Shown: positions 1-9,000 of the stretch, one piece after another
Layout of the letters: each line of letters opens with the position of its first letter
Position numbering within the stretch: position 1 is the stretch's first letter
Virus record (IMG/VR): IMGVR_UViG_3300005265_000003
Direction: 5' to 3' (one strand)
From: an uncultured virus (IMG/VR IMGVR_UViG_3300005265_000003)
Lineage: Duplodnaviria; Heunggongvirae; Uroviricota; Caudoviricetes
Length of the DNA: 20,000 nt
Made by a program: the position numbers and the translations under genes
The notes under the pieces: model-generated
What the model was told of the DNA's origin: nothing
Database searches by the model: none
The model's input: the letters and a program-made list of their open reading frames with translations, nothing else

Positions 1-10
1 TGTCTTATGG

Positions 11-111
11 GCTGATTTGGTCTTTGCGAATACAGTCCAATTTGACGCCTACACGTCCTATTTGATATTCATGAAGACCCATCCAATTTGACGTCTTTGG
101 GTCTGATTTGA
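11..111. repeat. Five short direct repeats with core ATTTG (consensus ~TCYDATTTGA), iteron-like
   Basis: ATTTG cores at 15, 40, 60, 86 and 106 (spacing 25/20/26/20). TCCAATTTGACG is exact at 36-47 and 82-93; CTGATTTG at 12-19 and 103-110. Confidence 0.6.
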
Positions 112-130
112 ATACGGCTCCAGTCGAAAT

Positions 131-190
131 AAAGGTTATATAAACCTATCGGAAAGGTTTAAATACCTTTGTTTCCGATAAGTTTATATA
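131..190. promoter_or_regulatory. Cluster of archaeal BRE/TATA-like promoters inside a 19-bp inverted repeat (likely divergent)
   Basis: AAAGGTTATATAAA (131-144), GGAAAGGTTTAAATA (151-165), CCGATAAGTTTATATA (175-190). Arms 137-155 and 172-190 are reverse complements with one mismatch, so an equivalent TATA box lies on the minus strand. Confidence 0.6.
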
Positions 191-324
191 GTTTTTTATG
201 CATATAGGATCATAGATGTGTATCGGGTAATCCACCGTTAATGGCATGATTCCTAAAACGGTGGAAAGTAACCCGATATGGGTGAATCCCGATATGAAAT
301 ACGCCCATATGAAAAAACCATAAG

Positions 325-906
325 GTGGTGGATATGGGTAAAAAGATAGAAGATATAGGTAGTTTTGAGGCTATTGATACACCAGAAATAACGGATACAC
401 CGATAGACAAAAACGAAAGGATAGAGTTATACCAGAAATATCTACCAAATAAACCAACAGAAAATAACGGATTATCGAAAGTCTGTAAAGATATCATTCA
501 AAATAGGTTAATAGGTACAAAAAGACTACACATGTGGCTTAAGAACAAAAATCCAGTTAATGCACAGATAATTATTCGTGAATTATTCCATATCTTTTCG
601 TGGAGGCTCATTAAACACCATAAAACCAGAGATATCTACCACTACATACGGATAACAAATAAGTTGATATCTGAGGCAATAAGTCTTGGCTTTTCCGAGT
701 TAGTCAAATACATGAAAACGTGGCAACAAAAGATACTGCAGAAAAACCTAAAGGAAATAATACGCATAAGGCATGAATTCATCCAGAAATCGAAAAACCA
801 GAAATCTGAAATCATGGATACACCGATAGATGGACCAGAAAAAGAAAAAGACAAAAATGAGATCATCGATCAAATAGTTAATCTACTCTTAAAACTCAAG
901 GAGTAG
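325..906 (+). CDS. Hypothetical protein, 193 aa, Lys/Ile-rich and probably helical
   Basis: Open frame downstream of the TATA cluster. A-rich codon usage unlike the late genes; internal repeat EI(T/M)DTPID. No family recognised; start may be GTG 325 or ATG 334. Confidence 0.65.
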   Translation: MVDMGKKIEDIGSFEAIDTPEITDTPIDKNERIELYQKYLPNKPTENNGLSKVCKDIIQNRLIGTKRLHMWLKNKNPVNAQIIIRELFHIFSWRLIKHHKTRDIYHYIRITNKLISEAISLGFSELVKYMKTWQQKILQKNLKEIIRIRHEFIQKSKNQKSEIMDTPIDGPEKEKDKNEIIDQIVNLLLKLKE

Positions 907-911
907 ATAGC

Positions 912-1052
912 ATGACAATAGAAGGGATATTCCTGAAAATTCAACAGTTAAGACAACAGATAAACCAGAATCCAACAATACCAGTAGATACGAAAAACCA
1001 GATTTCCGAGTATCTCTTAAAGATCGAAAACGAAATATCTTATCTTCTCTAA
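912..1052 (+). CDS. Small hypothetical protein, 46 aa (MTIEGIFLKIQQLRQQ...ENEISYLL)
   Basis: Manual translation. ATG lies 5 nt after the upstream stop, composition matches the upstream ORF, and a T-tract follows directly. Below the ORF-track cutoff. Confidence 0.6.
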   Translation: MTIEGIFLKIQQLRQQINQNPTIPVDTKNQISEYLLKIENEISYLL

Positions 1053-1054
1053 AC

Positions 1055-1072
1055 TTCTCTCTCTTTTTTTTT
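1055..1072 (+). terminator. Pyrimidine/oligo-T terminator (archaeal type)
   Basis: TTCTCTCTC followed by T9 (1064-1072), immediately after the stop at 1052, with no preceding GC hairpin. Confidence 0.6.
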
Positions 1073-1208
1073 CATGAAAACATAAAGAAATCTTAATTTT
1101 TTATTTTCAGAGCCAAGACTTAGTCATCCATCAGAGCATTAACGAAATTTTCAATTGGTCCTATATAGGCGAATCCTAAGCCGGATAAGTCTAGATTTAG
1201 CCAAATTC

Positions 1209-1256
1209 GTAAGCTTTAAATATGAGAAGTGCATTTATGATGACAATATATATAAA
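1209..1256 (+). promoter_or_regulatory. Candidate TATA-box promoter(s) for the packaging/structural operon
   Basis: AAGCTTTAAATA at 1211-1222 and ATATATATAAA near 1245-1256, upstream of the first packaging gene. Confidence 0.4.
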
Positions 1257-1348
1257 TGGAGAGAGGTTTGTTAACACGCAGGGTGTGACGAAGCTAGGGT
1301 CGGGGCCCAGAGCTCTGGGTGGTGGGCTTTAAATTACATCGTGAGAAA

Positions 1349-1933
1349 ATGGCGAATATAAATAAGATTGTTAAATACGGCCTTGTAGATTTGGTTAAGC
1401 AACTCAAGAACGAAGGAATGAGTGACGGTGAAATAGCTCGGACTATCGCTGAACGGTATGGCGATAAATATCCAGAACTGAAAAACATCTCAAGAATGTC
1501 TGTCTCTAGATTCTTTGAAGCTTTGGCTCGAGAGGAACTCAAACAGAAACTTCAATCTGGTGCAACCGAAGACGAAATAATCGAGAAGATTTACCAGGAA
1601 TTCCGCAGTAAAATGCTTGAGCTGATTAAAAAGATGGAAGAGCGAGATAAGCTTCTTGATGAGCTGCTTGAGGAAGCGAAAGAAAGGCATGATATTAAGA
1701 ATTTTCTCAATTATCTCCGAGAGCAGCGTCAGAACATCGAACAGCTTAGAAAGAATTTAGTCTCTCTCGTCCAATATGCAGAACGTCAAATTAAGCCCAT
1801 CATTCAGATTGATATGCACAAGGAAGTGAAGATTAAGAATATGCTCCTGCTTTTCTCAAAAGAGTTGTGTCCTGAATGTAGAAGGCGTGTTGCAAATAAG
1901 ATATTAGAGTTAGATGGCGAAGTCAGGATTTGA
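1349..1933 (+). CDS. Probable terminase small subunit / DNA-binding coiled-coil protein
   Basis: N-terminal HTH-like segment (GMSDGEIARTIAERYG...ISRMSVSRFF), long coiled coil, C-terminal CPEC; position upstream of the large terminase. ATG 1349 follows GTGAG and is in frame with track ORF 1319..1933. Confidence 0.55.
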   Translation: MANINKIVKYGLVDLVKQLKNEGMSDGEIARTIAERYGDKYPELKNISRMSVSRFFEALAREELKQKLQSGATEDEIIEKIYQEFRSKMLELIKKMEERDKLLDELLEEAKERHDIKNFLNYLREQRQNIEQLRKNLVSLVQYAERQIKPIIQIDMHKEVKIKNMLLLFSKELCPECRRRVANKILELDGEVRI

Positions 1934-2117
1934 TCCGAAAATAACACTTAAAAAATTCCTTTACGGTTTAGGCTACACTCTCGGTATAACAGCTCTTGCC
2001 TACACTATCGATTTTCTAGAGGTTACAGAATTCCCTCCAGAATATTCTCTATATACCGGCATACTGCTCTCTATACTCCTTGCTATCCAGAACTACCTCA
2101 AGCATAGAAATGACTGA
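1914..2117 (+). CDS. Small two-TM membrane protein (holin-like)
   Basis: 67 aa with two hydrophobic stretches (FLYGLGYTLGITALAYTI; YTGILLSILLAI) and a charged C-terminus. Function is inferred only. Confidence 0.55.
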   Translation: MAKSGFDPKITLKKFLYGLGYTLGITALAYTIDFLEVTEFPPEYSLYTGILLSILLAIQNYLKHRND

Positions 2118-2170
2118 TTAGGCTTGCTATGTTTTGTGATGTTGTTTCGTAGAACAAGAGAGGTGAGTAT

Positions 2171-2278
2171 ATGGAGATTGATTGGGAGAGCATAATGGCA
2201 AAGTTCGGGGAGACAATCCTAGTAATCTTTGCGTTCATTGGCTTCATCAAAGTGATTGGACCGATATTCTCGGTCTAA
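2171..2278 (+). CDS. Small single-TM membrane protein, 35 aa (MEIDWESIMAKFGETILVIFAFIGFIKVIGPIFSV)
   Basis: Manual translation; strong GAGGTGA ribosome-binding site just upstream; one hydrophobic helix. Not in the ORF track. Confidence 0.6.
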   Translation: MEIDWESIMAKFGETILVIFAFIGFIKVIGPIFSV

Positions 2279-2344
2279 TCTCGCTGCTACCACCAAAGCA
2301 CCTCTCCGATGTCTGTATTTATGTTTTAACTTGCTGCTGAGGTC

Positions 2345-3724
2345 ATGAGTGGCATGCAGGTATACGACCGTTTACTTTATTACGCCAATGATCCCATCGC
2401 CTTCATGGAGGACATTCTCGGTTTAGAAATCAAGGATTTCCATAAAGAGTGGATAGAGCTGTTTGAAAAGCATAAATTTGTCGTATTGCTTGCTCCAAGA
2501 GGCTTCGGTAAGACAACCATTGTCGGTGGATACATTATTTGGCGAATAGTTCGTGACCCTGATATCCGTATTCTTATAGTCACCATCAATCAGAATAAGG
2601 CTAATGAAATGATGACCTTCATTCAGCATCACTTAGAAAAGAACGAGAAACTGATTGAGATATTTGGTGAACAGAAAGGAACAGGTGAATGGTCCCGTAA
2701 TCAGCTTCGAGTTAAACGTCAGGGGATTAGCGGAGTGGCTCACAAAGAGCCAACTCTTGAGGTGCTGGGCGTAGAATCAAAAATGATATCGGGGCATTAC
2801 GACCTTATCGTCCTTGACGACATAACTGACCTGCAAAATAGCAGAACTGAACACCGAAGACGTGAATTGCAAGACTGGTATTCACATATATTGCTTCCAA
2901 TGTTACTCCCGAACGGACAGATAATTGATATAGGAACACGCTTTCATCAAAATGACATCCACGGCTTTCTGATGTCTAAGCCCTCTTACGTATCTAAGGT
3001 CTACAAGGCCATCATCAATGAGAAAGAAAAGAAAGTGCTCTGGCCAGAACGCTTCCCTTATGAGAAGTTGGTCGAAATACGGGAACAGATAGGCAGAGCA
3101 GTCTTCGCTATGCAATTTCAAAATGAATTCATCTCCTCTGAAGATGCAGTCATTAAATACGATTGGTTACGGTTTTATGATGAAGCTCCGCAAGGACTTC
3201 GGCGTTTCATGGGAGTCGATATGAGTGCTGGTGACAGTAAAGGCGATTACTTCGTTATAGTGATTATCGGAATCAGCGAAAACGGGGATATCTATGTCTT
3301 GGATATGATACGCACTCACGCAACTCTCTTTCGTCAATTCGACCTTATTAGGGAATTGGCTGAGAAATGGGAGCCTATCAAGATAGGCATTGAAGCTAAT
3401 GCTATGCAAAAGTTATTCACAGACGAATTGATTCGGTCTACTACTCTACCTATCACTCCGATAAAATCATCAATTGATAAGATGTCCAGAGTCGAGCAGA
3501 TGTCTGTATTGTTTGAAACTGGCAGAGTGTACATTCCGAGTAGAGGCTTTGAGGTTCTGATTGATGAGCTACTTACTTTCCCTCGAGGCAAATATGATGA
3601 TACGGTTGATGCTTTATCGTTTGCAATACTAGCATCTCGTCAATCATCCACATATAACTGGCGTGAGGCTCTTCAAATTATCTCCCTCAATAGAGGTCTC
3701 AGTCGAAAAGTTGTGAAAGTGTAA
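2345..3724 (+). CDS. terL: Terminase large subunit
   Basis: Walker A APRGFGKTT, Walker B LIVLDD, IGTRFH coupling motif; C-terminal RNase H-like nuclease with GVD, IGIEAN and FPRGKYDDTVDA. Confidence 0.95.
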   Translation: MSGMQVYDRLLYYANDPIAFMEDILGLEIKDFHKEWIELFEKHKFVVLLAPRGFGKTTIVGGYIIWRIVRDPDIRILIVTINQNKANEMMTFIQHHLEKNEKLIEIFGEQKGTGEWSRNQLRVKRQGISGVAHKEPTLEVLGVESKMISGHYDLIVLDDITDLQNSRTEHRRRELQDWYSHILLPMLLPNGQIIDIGTRFHQNDIHGFLMSKPSYVSKVYKAIINEKEKKVLWPERFPYEKLVEIREQIGRAVFAMQFQNEFISSEDAVIKYDWLRFYDEAPQGLRRFMGVDMSAGDSKGDYFVIVIIGISENGDIYVLDMIRTHATLFRQFDLIRELAEKWEPIKIGIEANAMQKLFTDELIRSTTLPITPIKSSIDKMSRVEQMSVLFETGRVYIPSRGFEVLIDELLTFPRGKYDDTVDALSFAILASRQSSTYNWREALQIISLNRGLSRKVVKV

Positions 3725-3735
3725 GGAGGGATGAT

Positions 3736-3987
3736 ATGGAGCAGATATTTGTAGGGAATAAGGACATAAGTCGTTATATAACTGCATGTCTCTCTGCTTT
3801 GCAGAAAAGCGGAGAAAATAAAGTGAAAATATCTGCAAGAGGCCGATATATCAAAAAAGCCGTGGACATAGAGGAGATAGTCAAACGCTATATGAAGAAT
3901 CCAGTTGTTATGGTTACTTTAGGAAGCCAGAAAGTTAATGACAGGTTTGTCTCGACAATTGATATAATATTAGCTGAATCGGATTAG
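3736..3987 (+). CDS. albA: Alba family DNA/RNA-binding chromatin protein
   Basis: IFVGNK..YI, ISARGRYIKKAVDI and VSTIDIIL follow the archaeal Alba pattern (I.IG.K...NYV, IKARG.AIS.AVD, VS.IEI.L). 83 aa; RBS AGGAGG. Confidence 0.85.
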   Translation: MEQIFVGNKDISRYITACLSALQKSGENKVKISARGRYIKKAVDIEEIVKRYMKNPVVMVTLGSQKVNDRFVSTIDIILAESD

Positions 3988-3988
3988 T

Positions 3989-5227
3989 ATGTTTAATAGA
4001 TTGAAGAAGTTATTGGGATTGAGTTCCTACTTCCTTGACGATAAAGGTAGGCCAAGGACTGTCATAAAAACGGATGAAAGCGATTTGGGCTTTAGCATCT
4101 CCTCCAGTAAGAGGTCTCCACAATCGCTTAAAAATCTATGGTCGTATTACACTGGCGAGAGCACCATCTTTGCATCCATTAACTACACCGCATTCAACAC
4201 GGTGATGAGTGGCTATGATATCCTCACCTCCAATGAGGAAATTAGGCTTCTGCTTGAGCAGTTTAGGCTTGATACCGACCTTGACTCGAAGCTGCTTGAT
4301 TCAGTGATATATTGTCTGGTCTTCGGTGATGCATTTATAGAGCGAATATTTAATAAGACCGAGGATAAGCTTCTTGACGTCAAAGTCGTTAACCCAATCA
4401 CAATGGAGATTGCATATGACAAATACGGGAGAATAGAGGGCTATTATCAGGTCATCAACGGCCAGAAGGGTGATTTAATAGAGCCGAAGTATATTGCTCA
4501 CTTTAGATTCTTCCCTGACCCAGATACGCCATATGGCATCTCTATCATATCGCCCTCTATAGATACGCTTAAGCGAAAGGTCAGGACAGACAAAGCAATA
4601 GCTAATGCGATTATTAGGCATGGAACACCCAAATATGTCGTCTCTATTGGCTCCGATAAAATCAATGAACCTATACCTGATGCGGTGTTTGAGCAGATTA
4701 AACAGGAGCTAAGGAATATAACGGAGAAAAATGAGATTATCGTGCCTTGGACCATAAATGTCGAGACGATTGATGAGCGAGGCATATCTGGAGTCGAGGA
4801 ATACTTCAACTATTTCCAGACACAGCTTATTGTAGGCTTGCTTTGTCCTGAAGAAGCTCTAGGTCTGGGTAGAGGCTCTACCGAGGCTACAGCTTACATT
4901 AAGGCCGTTATGTATGAGCGTATGATTAAATCATTCCAATTAAAGCTTGCATCATTCCTGGTTCGTGAAATATTTAAGCCGTTTCTCCAAGGATATGGCT
5001 ACACCGAAGAGGACATGAAGGACTTACGAGTGGTCTTTAGAAGTGTTACTGATGAAGATGAGGCAATGAAAGCGAAATGGCTTGGAAATCTCCTTCGTGG
5101 TTATAAGAATGAATTGAAGCCATTCACGATTAATGAAATAAGGTCAATGTTTGGATTTCCGCCATTTACTGAAGAGCAGCTAAAGAAACTCAGGTCTGAA
5201 TATAAGGAAATGCTAAATGCATCATAA
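3989..5227 (+). CDS. Portal protein
   Basis: 412 aa after terL. LVFGDAFIE, VNPITM, IAHFR...PYGISII, HGTPKY and TINEIRSMFGFPP are typical HK97/SPP1-like portal segments. Confidence 0.9.
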   Translation: MFNRLKKLLGLSSYFLDDKGRPRTVIKTDESDLGFSISSSKRSPQSLKNLWSYYTGESTIFASINYTAFNTVMSGYDILTSNEEIRLLLEQFRLDTDLDSKLLDSVIYCLVFGDAFIERIFNKTEDKLLDVKVVNPITMEIAYDKYGRIEGYYQVINGQKGDLIEPKYIAHFRFFPDPDTPYGISIISPSIDTLKRKVRTDKAIANAIIRHGTPKYVVSIGSDKINEPIPDAVFEQIKQELRNITEKNEIIVPWTINVETIDERGISGVEEYFNYFQTQLIVGLLCPEEALGLGRGSTEATAYIKAVMYERMIKSFQLKLASFLVREIFKPFLQGYGYTEEDMKDLRVVFRSVTDEDEAMKAKWLGNLLRGYKNELKPFTINEIRSMFGFPPFTEEQLKKLRSEYKEMLNAS

Positions 5228-5699
5228 GCGGTTTGTGGATATAAATTTTAAATACGATAGCAAGACCGTATCAAAGGCTACAAACGCCAAAATCTATAAA
5301 GGTGTAGTCATCCTAACGCCGGGAAAGTATGCTGATTCCTTGACAAAGGACTATGTTCTTTACACACCCGAGGTTCTACGTAAATATGCCACTAACTGGT
5401 CTTCTAATTATGTGAACATCGATCACTCTCAATCGGTGATTCATAGAGTTGGTTATATTGTCAATCCTCGATGGGAAGATGGTGCGGTAAAGGGTGACCT
5501 CTATATATTTCCCTATACGACTGTAGCTCGTGACACGATTGCTCTCATTGATAATGGGATGGTTAACCACTTGTCATCTGAGATAATAACAACTGACCAC
5601 TATGATTATTTGAAAAAGTGCATTGTCGTGGATGACATTGAATTTTTCGGATGTGCAATCGTCACTAATCCGGCGTGTAAAGATGCTAGAATTAGATAA
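5217..5699 (+). CDS. Prohead maturation protease 1 (assemblin-like fold; Mu gpI/DUF2213-like)
   Basis: Directly after the portal. LYTPEVL, NIDH (candidate His), HLSSEI (candidate Ser) and terminal GCAIVTNPAC follow the motif order of phage prohead proteases. Confidence 0.7.
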   Translation: MHHKRFVDINFKYDSKTVSKATNAKIYKGVVILTPGKYADSLTKDYVLYTPEVLRKYATNWSSNYVNIDHSQSVIHRVGYIVNPRWEDGAVKGDLYIFPYTTVARDTIALIDNGMVNHLSSEIITTDHYDYLKKCIVVDDIEFFGCAIVTNPACKDARIR

Positions 5700-6048
5700 A
5701 CTCTATGACAGGCCATTCCTCGTTGATGGCTGTAAATTTTGTGAGATAATAAAATCCAAACGACCGCCAACCAAGTTATACTATCCTGAGCCTCATCGCA
5801 TAGGTGAACGAATGCTCATCATAATTGACTGTCCCTTCAATCATAAGCCTGTTGTGGTAGCATCCGAGCACATACCTGATGTTGATAAGACACGCTGGGG
5901 CTATATGCTCTATCATGCGAGGCGTTTGTTTGGTCAAGGAATATATCTCAAGATTGATAGGCGTTATGAGCCAGATCATTTCCATGCATACATCCAACAT
6001 GGAGTGGTTGACCCTAAAAAGTTACCCGATTTGAGGAAGAGAATATGA
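5683..6048 (+). CDS. HIT-like nucleotide hydrolase/transferase with Zn-binding CxxC
   Basis: CKFC near the N-terminus, central VVASEH, and C-terminal PDHFHAY (variant of HxHxH). ATG 5683 is in frame with track ORF 5623..6048. Confidence 0.55.
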   Translation: MLELDKLYDRPFLVDGCKFCEIIKSKRPPTKLYYPEPHRIGERMLIIIDCPFNHKPVVVASEHIPDVDKTRWGYMLYHARRLFGQGIYLKIDRRYEPDHFHAYIQHGVVDPKKLPDLRKRI

Positions 6049-9000
6049 AGGTAATTTCTCTTGGGAGTTGGGCGTCATACGGATTGAAAGGCAAAAAACA
6101 TTTCTCCCTTATATTAGAGCATAGAGGCAAGCGTGCTTGGATTGACCCAGCAGTTAAATATACAGAGCCTGTTGATTTTATTCTCTTATCCTCGCCTGAT
6201 GAAGACCATTGGCGCTACCTTCCCAAATATCTCGAGAAATATCCTGACACACCGATATACTCAACAAGAGCTGTGATTAGTCATATGCGTTTGCTTCTTC
6301 CGAAGGCAAATTGGAAGCGAACTGAGAAGCCAATTAAGTTAGGTGGCAAGTCCATTAAACTAATGGCAATTCCAAAGATGGTCGGCAAACCAGCAGTTGC
6401 TTTTAAAATCGGCAGCGGTCGGAATGCTCTGGTTATAATTCCGGAATTTATTCGACTCGGTGATCAAGAGAAGGAATTGATGAAGGGCGCTATATGGATT
6501 ATCGGCGTTGGTGAATATGAAAAGCCTCGAAGCGATGACCATAAAGCAACATTTAAAGACTTACTCGCTCTTGCGGAGGAACTAAAACCACAAAAGATTT
6601 ACATCACGAACTACAGGACATCCCTCCTCAAACATAAACAAGAGATATTAGAAGCCTTAAAGCCGTGGAAAGGCGAGTTCCTTAATGATGGTGATGAATT
6701 CGAAATTAAGGTTAAGGCAATCCGAAAGGCGGATGGCTTATACCTAGTTAAGCCTCATGCAGAGTTTATCTATAAAGGACTTAAGACCATGATTCTCAAA
6801 TCAAGGAAATTTGATATGGCGAATAAGAAATACGTACTTTGCGACAATGAATATGCTTATGGCAATATTATTCTAGATGAGCCAATAATAATTCGTAGCT
6901 GGAAGGAATTCTATCTTCATGCAAAGGAACATCTAATTTCTCCAGCAGAAGTTCGAAAGTGGAATTGGAATTTTCCTCTTTACGCATATCCCATAAAGTC
7001 ATTTAGCCCATTTAGTAAAAAGAAAGCTCTTAAGTTGCCAAAGGGCATACAAACATTCGTAAATGATATCGAACAATATTACATAACCGAAAAGCTTCAC
7101 CTCGATGAATTCAGAAGCGAAGGTGTTGATTATGACCTTGCTCATCCTAAAGAACGATGGAAAGAGCTTATAGCTGACCTCCGGTACTTAGGCAATTCAG
7201 CATATCCACGATTAAAGGCTGGAAAGAAATGGGGTGATTGGAAGCTAACCGATGTATTGAAATACTTTGCTAAGATTATTGATACACTCCGTTCAATTTA
7301 CTTTCCACTGATTCCACCATTCGATGAGAAGCTTTATAAAGCTTATTACGGCAAAGACCCTAAGAAAGCAAAGGAGTCATCATTCTGGAAATGCTATAAA
7401 GAAGCAGAAAAGTACATGAAATCTAAACCACCAAAGACTATTGAGGAAGCTAAAGAGTGGGATGAGAAGCGTAAAGGTGTGATAAAGAAAGCGAAAATCA
7501 AACCTGGATATTACTCAAAATCTAAGCCTTATTACAGAGGCTATTTCCAAGAATTAGCAGAAGAGCTTAAATCCATCGGTTGGGACAAAACCAAGGTATT
7601 AGTAGACTGCAAGTGGGACGGATTAAGAATGACGATTGGGAAGGTCAATGGTAAAGGTTTCGCTTACGTCGACCCAGAGGATGTGAAGAAAAAGAGCCCG
7701 AATGTTTCCAACCGAATTCCGGCAATTATTAAGGAGATTGAAGAAAACTTTCCTGATAACACTGTATTAGACAGCGAATTCCTTGCACTCCATCCCAATG
7801 GTAAAGAAATGCTTCATCGCACTGTCGCTAACTCACTTCTCAATTCCAAAATATCTGGTGAGGAGTTAGAGCAATTCGCTATTATCGTAGTCTTTGATGT
7901 TATATTCTTTAAGGGACTAGATGTCCGTGACCAGCCACTACATGAGCGTCTGGAATATCTGTCACAACTAAAGCCAACTAAGCATATATGGATTGAGCGA
8001 GTATCCAAAACACTCTCTAAAAAAGCAGATGGTTATATCTGTGATGGAAGTGATGTAAAGACTATTCTAAAAGTCGCTGAAATCCTTGAGGAGAGCAAGA
8101 ATGGCAGGCCTAAATTCTGTGCTGAAGGTATAATGATTAAGCGCCTTGACCATCCTTATGAAACGCCTCAAAATAAAGGCTGGATGAAGGTTAAATTCTA
8201 TCACGAACTTGACTTGAGAGTCCTTGGAAAGAAACTCGTCAAAGGTACGAAAGATGTCTATAACTACTATCTCGGATATGATACTCCAAGAGATTATGCC
8301 AAAGCTTATCTCGATGTTGGTAAGAAGGCATGGTATGGTAAAGTTCATGTATACAAGAATGGCAAAATTCTAGCTGTAGGGAAGGACGCAAAGAACTATC
8401 TCGATGATAAGAGTGTAACGCTTGTGACCCTTATGGGTAAATCCGATAATCACAAAGAAGAAGAGCCAGTCAAGGTCGGCGACATTATCAGAATTGCTGC
8501 TGAAGAGGTCCTTAAATTTGATAATCCGAAACATCCAGAATATCCTCGTTATTCGTTCTATATCGGCCGAGTTTTAGAGCCAGTCCCGGAGAAGAACGTT
8601 ACAGACTCGATTGAGACAATAGACAAACTATCATCTTTCGAACCAATGCGAATTCCAGTTGATGTACTTAGACATTGGAAAGAGCATCCTGAGGAATTAA
8701 AGAGAGGTGTGTTGAAATCAAATGGCCATTATTTCTTTCCGGTCGATGATGACTATGATATGAAGCGGAAGGCCGAATCAAAGGATGATAAAATTCTGGT
8801 TGTTGATACAAATCTCGGACTTGAGCATGCACGTCGATTCGGATTAGATGGCTATGAAACATTCTTTGCTATAGCACACAGCCAACCTTATCCAAGAATT
8901 CAAGATGAAGTATGTGGGCTAGGATTTCCGGAGATAATCAAAATCTGGGATTGGGGTGAAGGCCTCGAAAAGGATGCAAGTTATGTAATCTTCACTGATT

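Noticed and set aside
11..111. Mini CRISPR array
   Set aside because: Repeats are only ~10-12 bp and degenerate, with 10-16 bp gaps.
1278..1345. Possible tRNA (GC-rich, GTGGGCTTTAAAT resembles a T-arm)
   Set aside because: No acceptor stem pairing, no TTC T-loop and no convincing cloverleaf.
4081..4430. Patches with G/C-ending codon bias (also ~10120-10290) suggesting recombination
   Set aside because: Impression by eye only; short, and not separable from amino-acid composition effects without computation.
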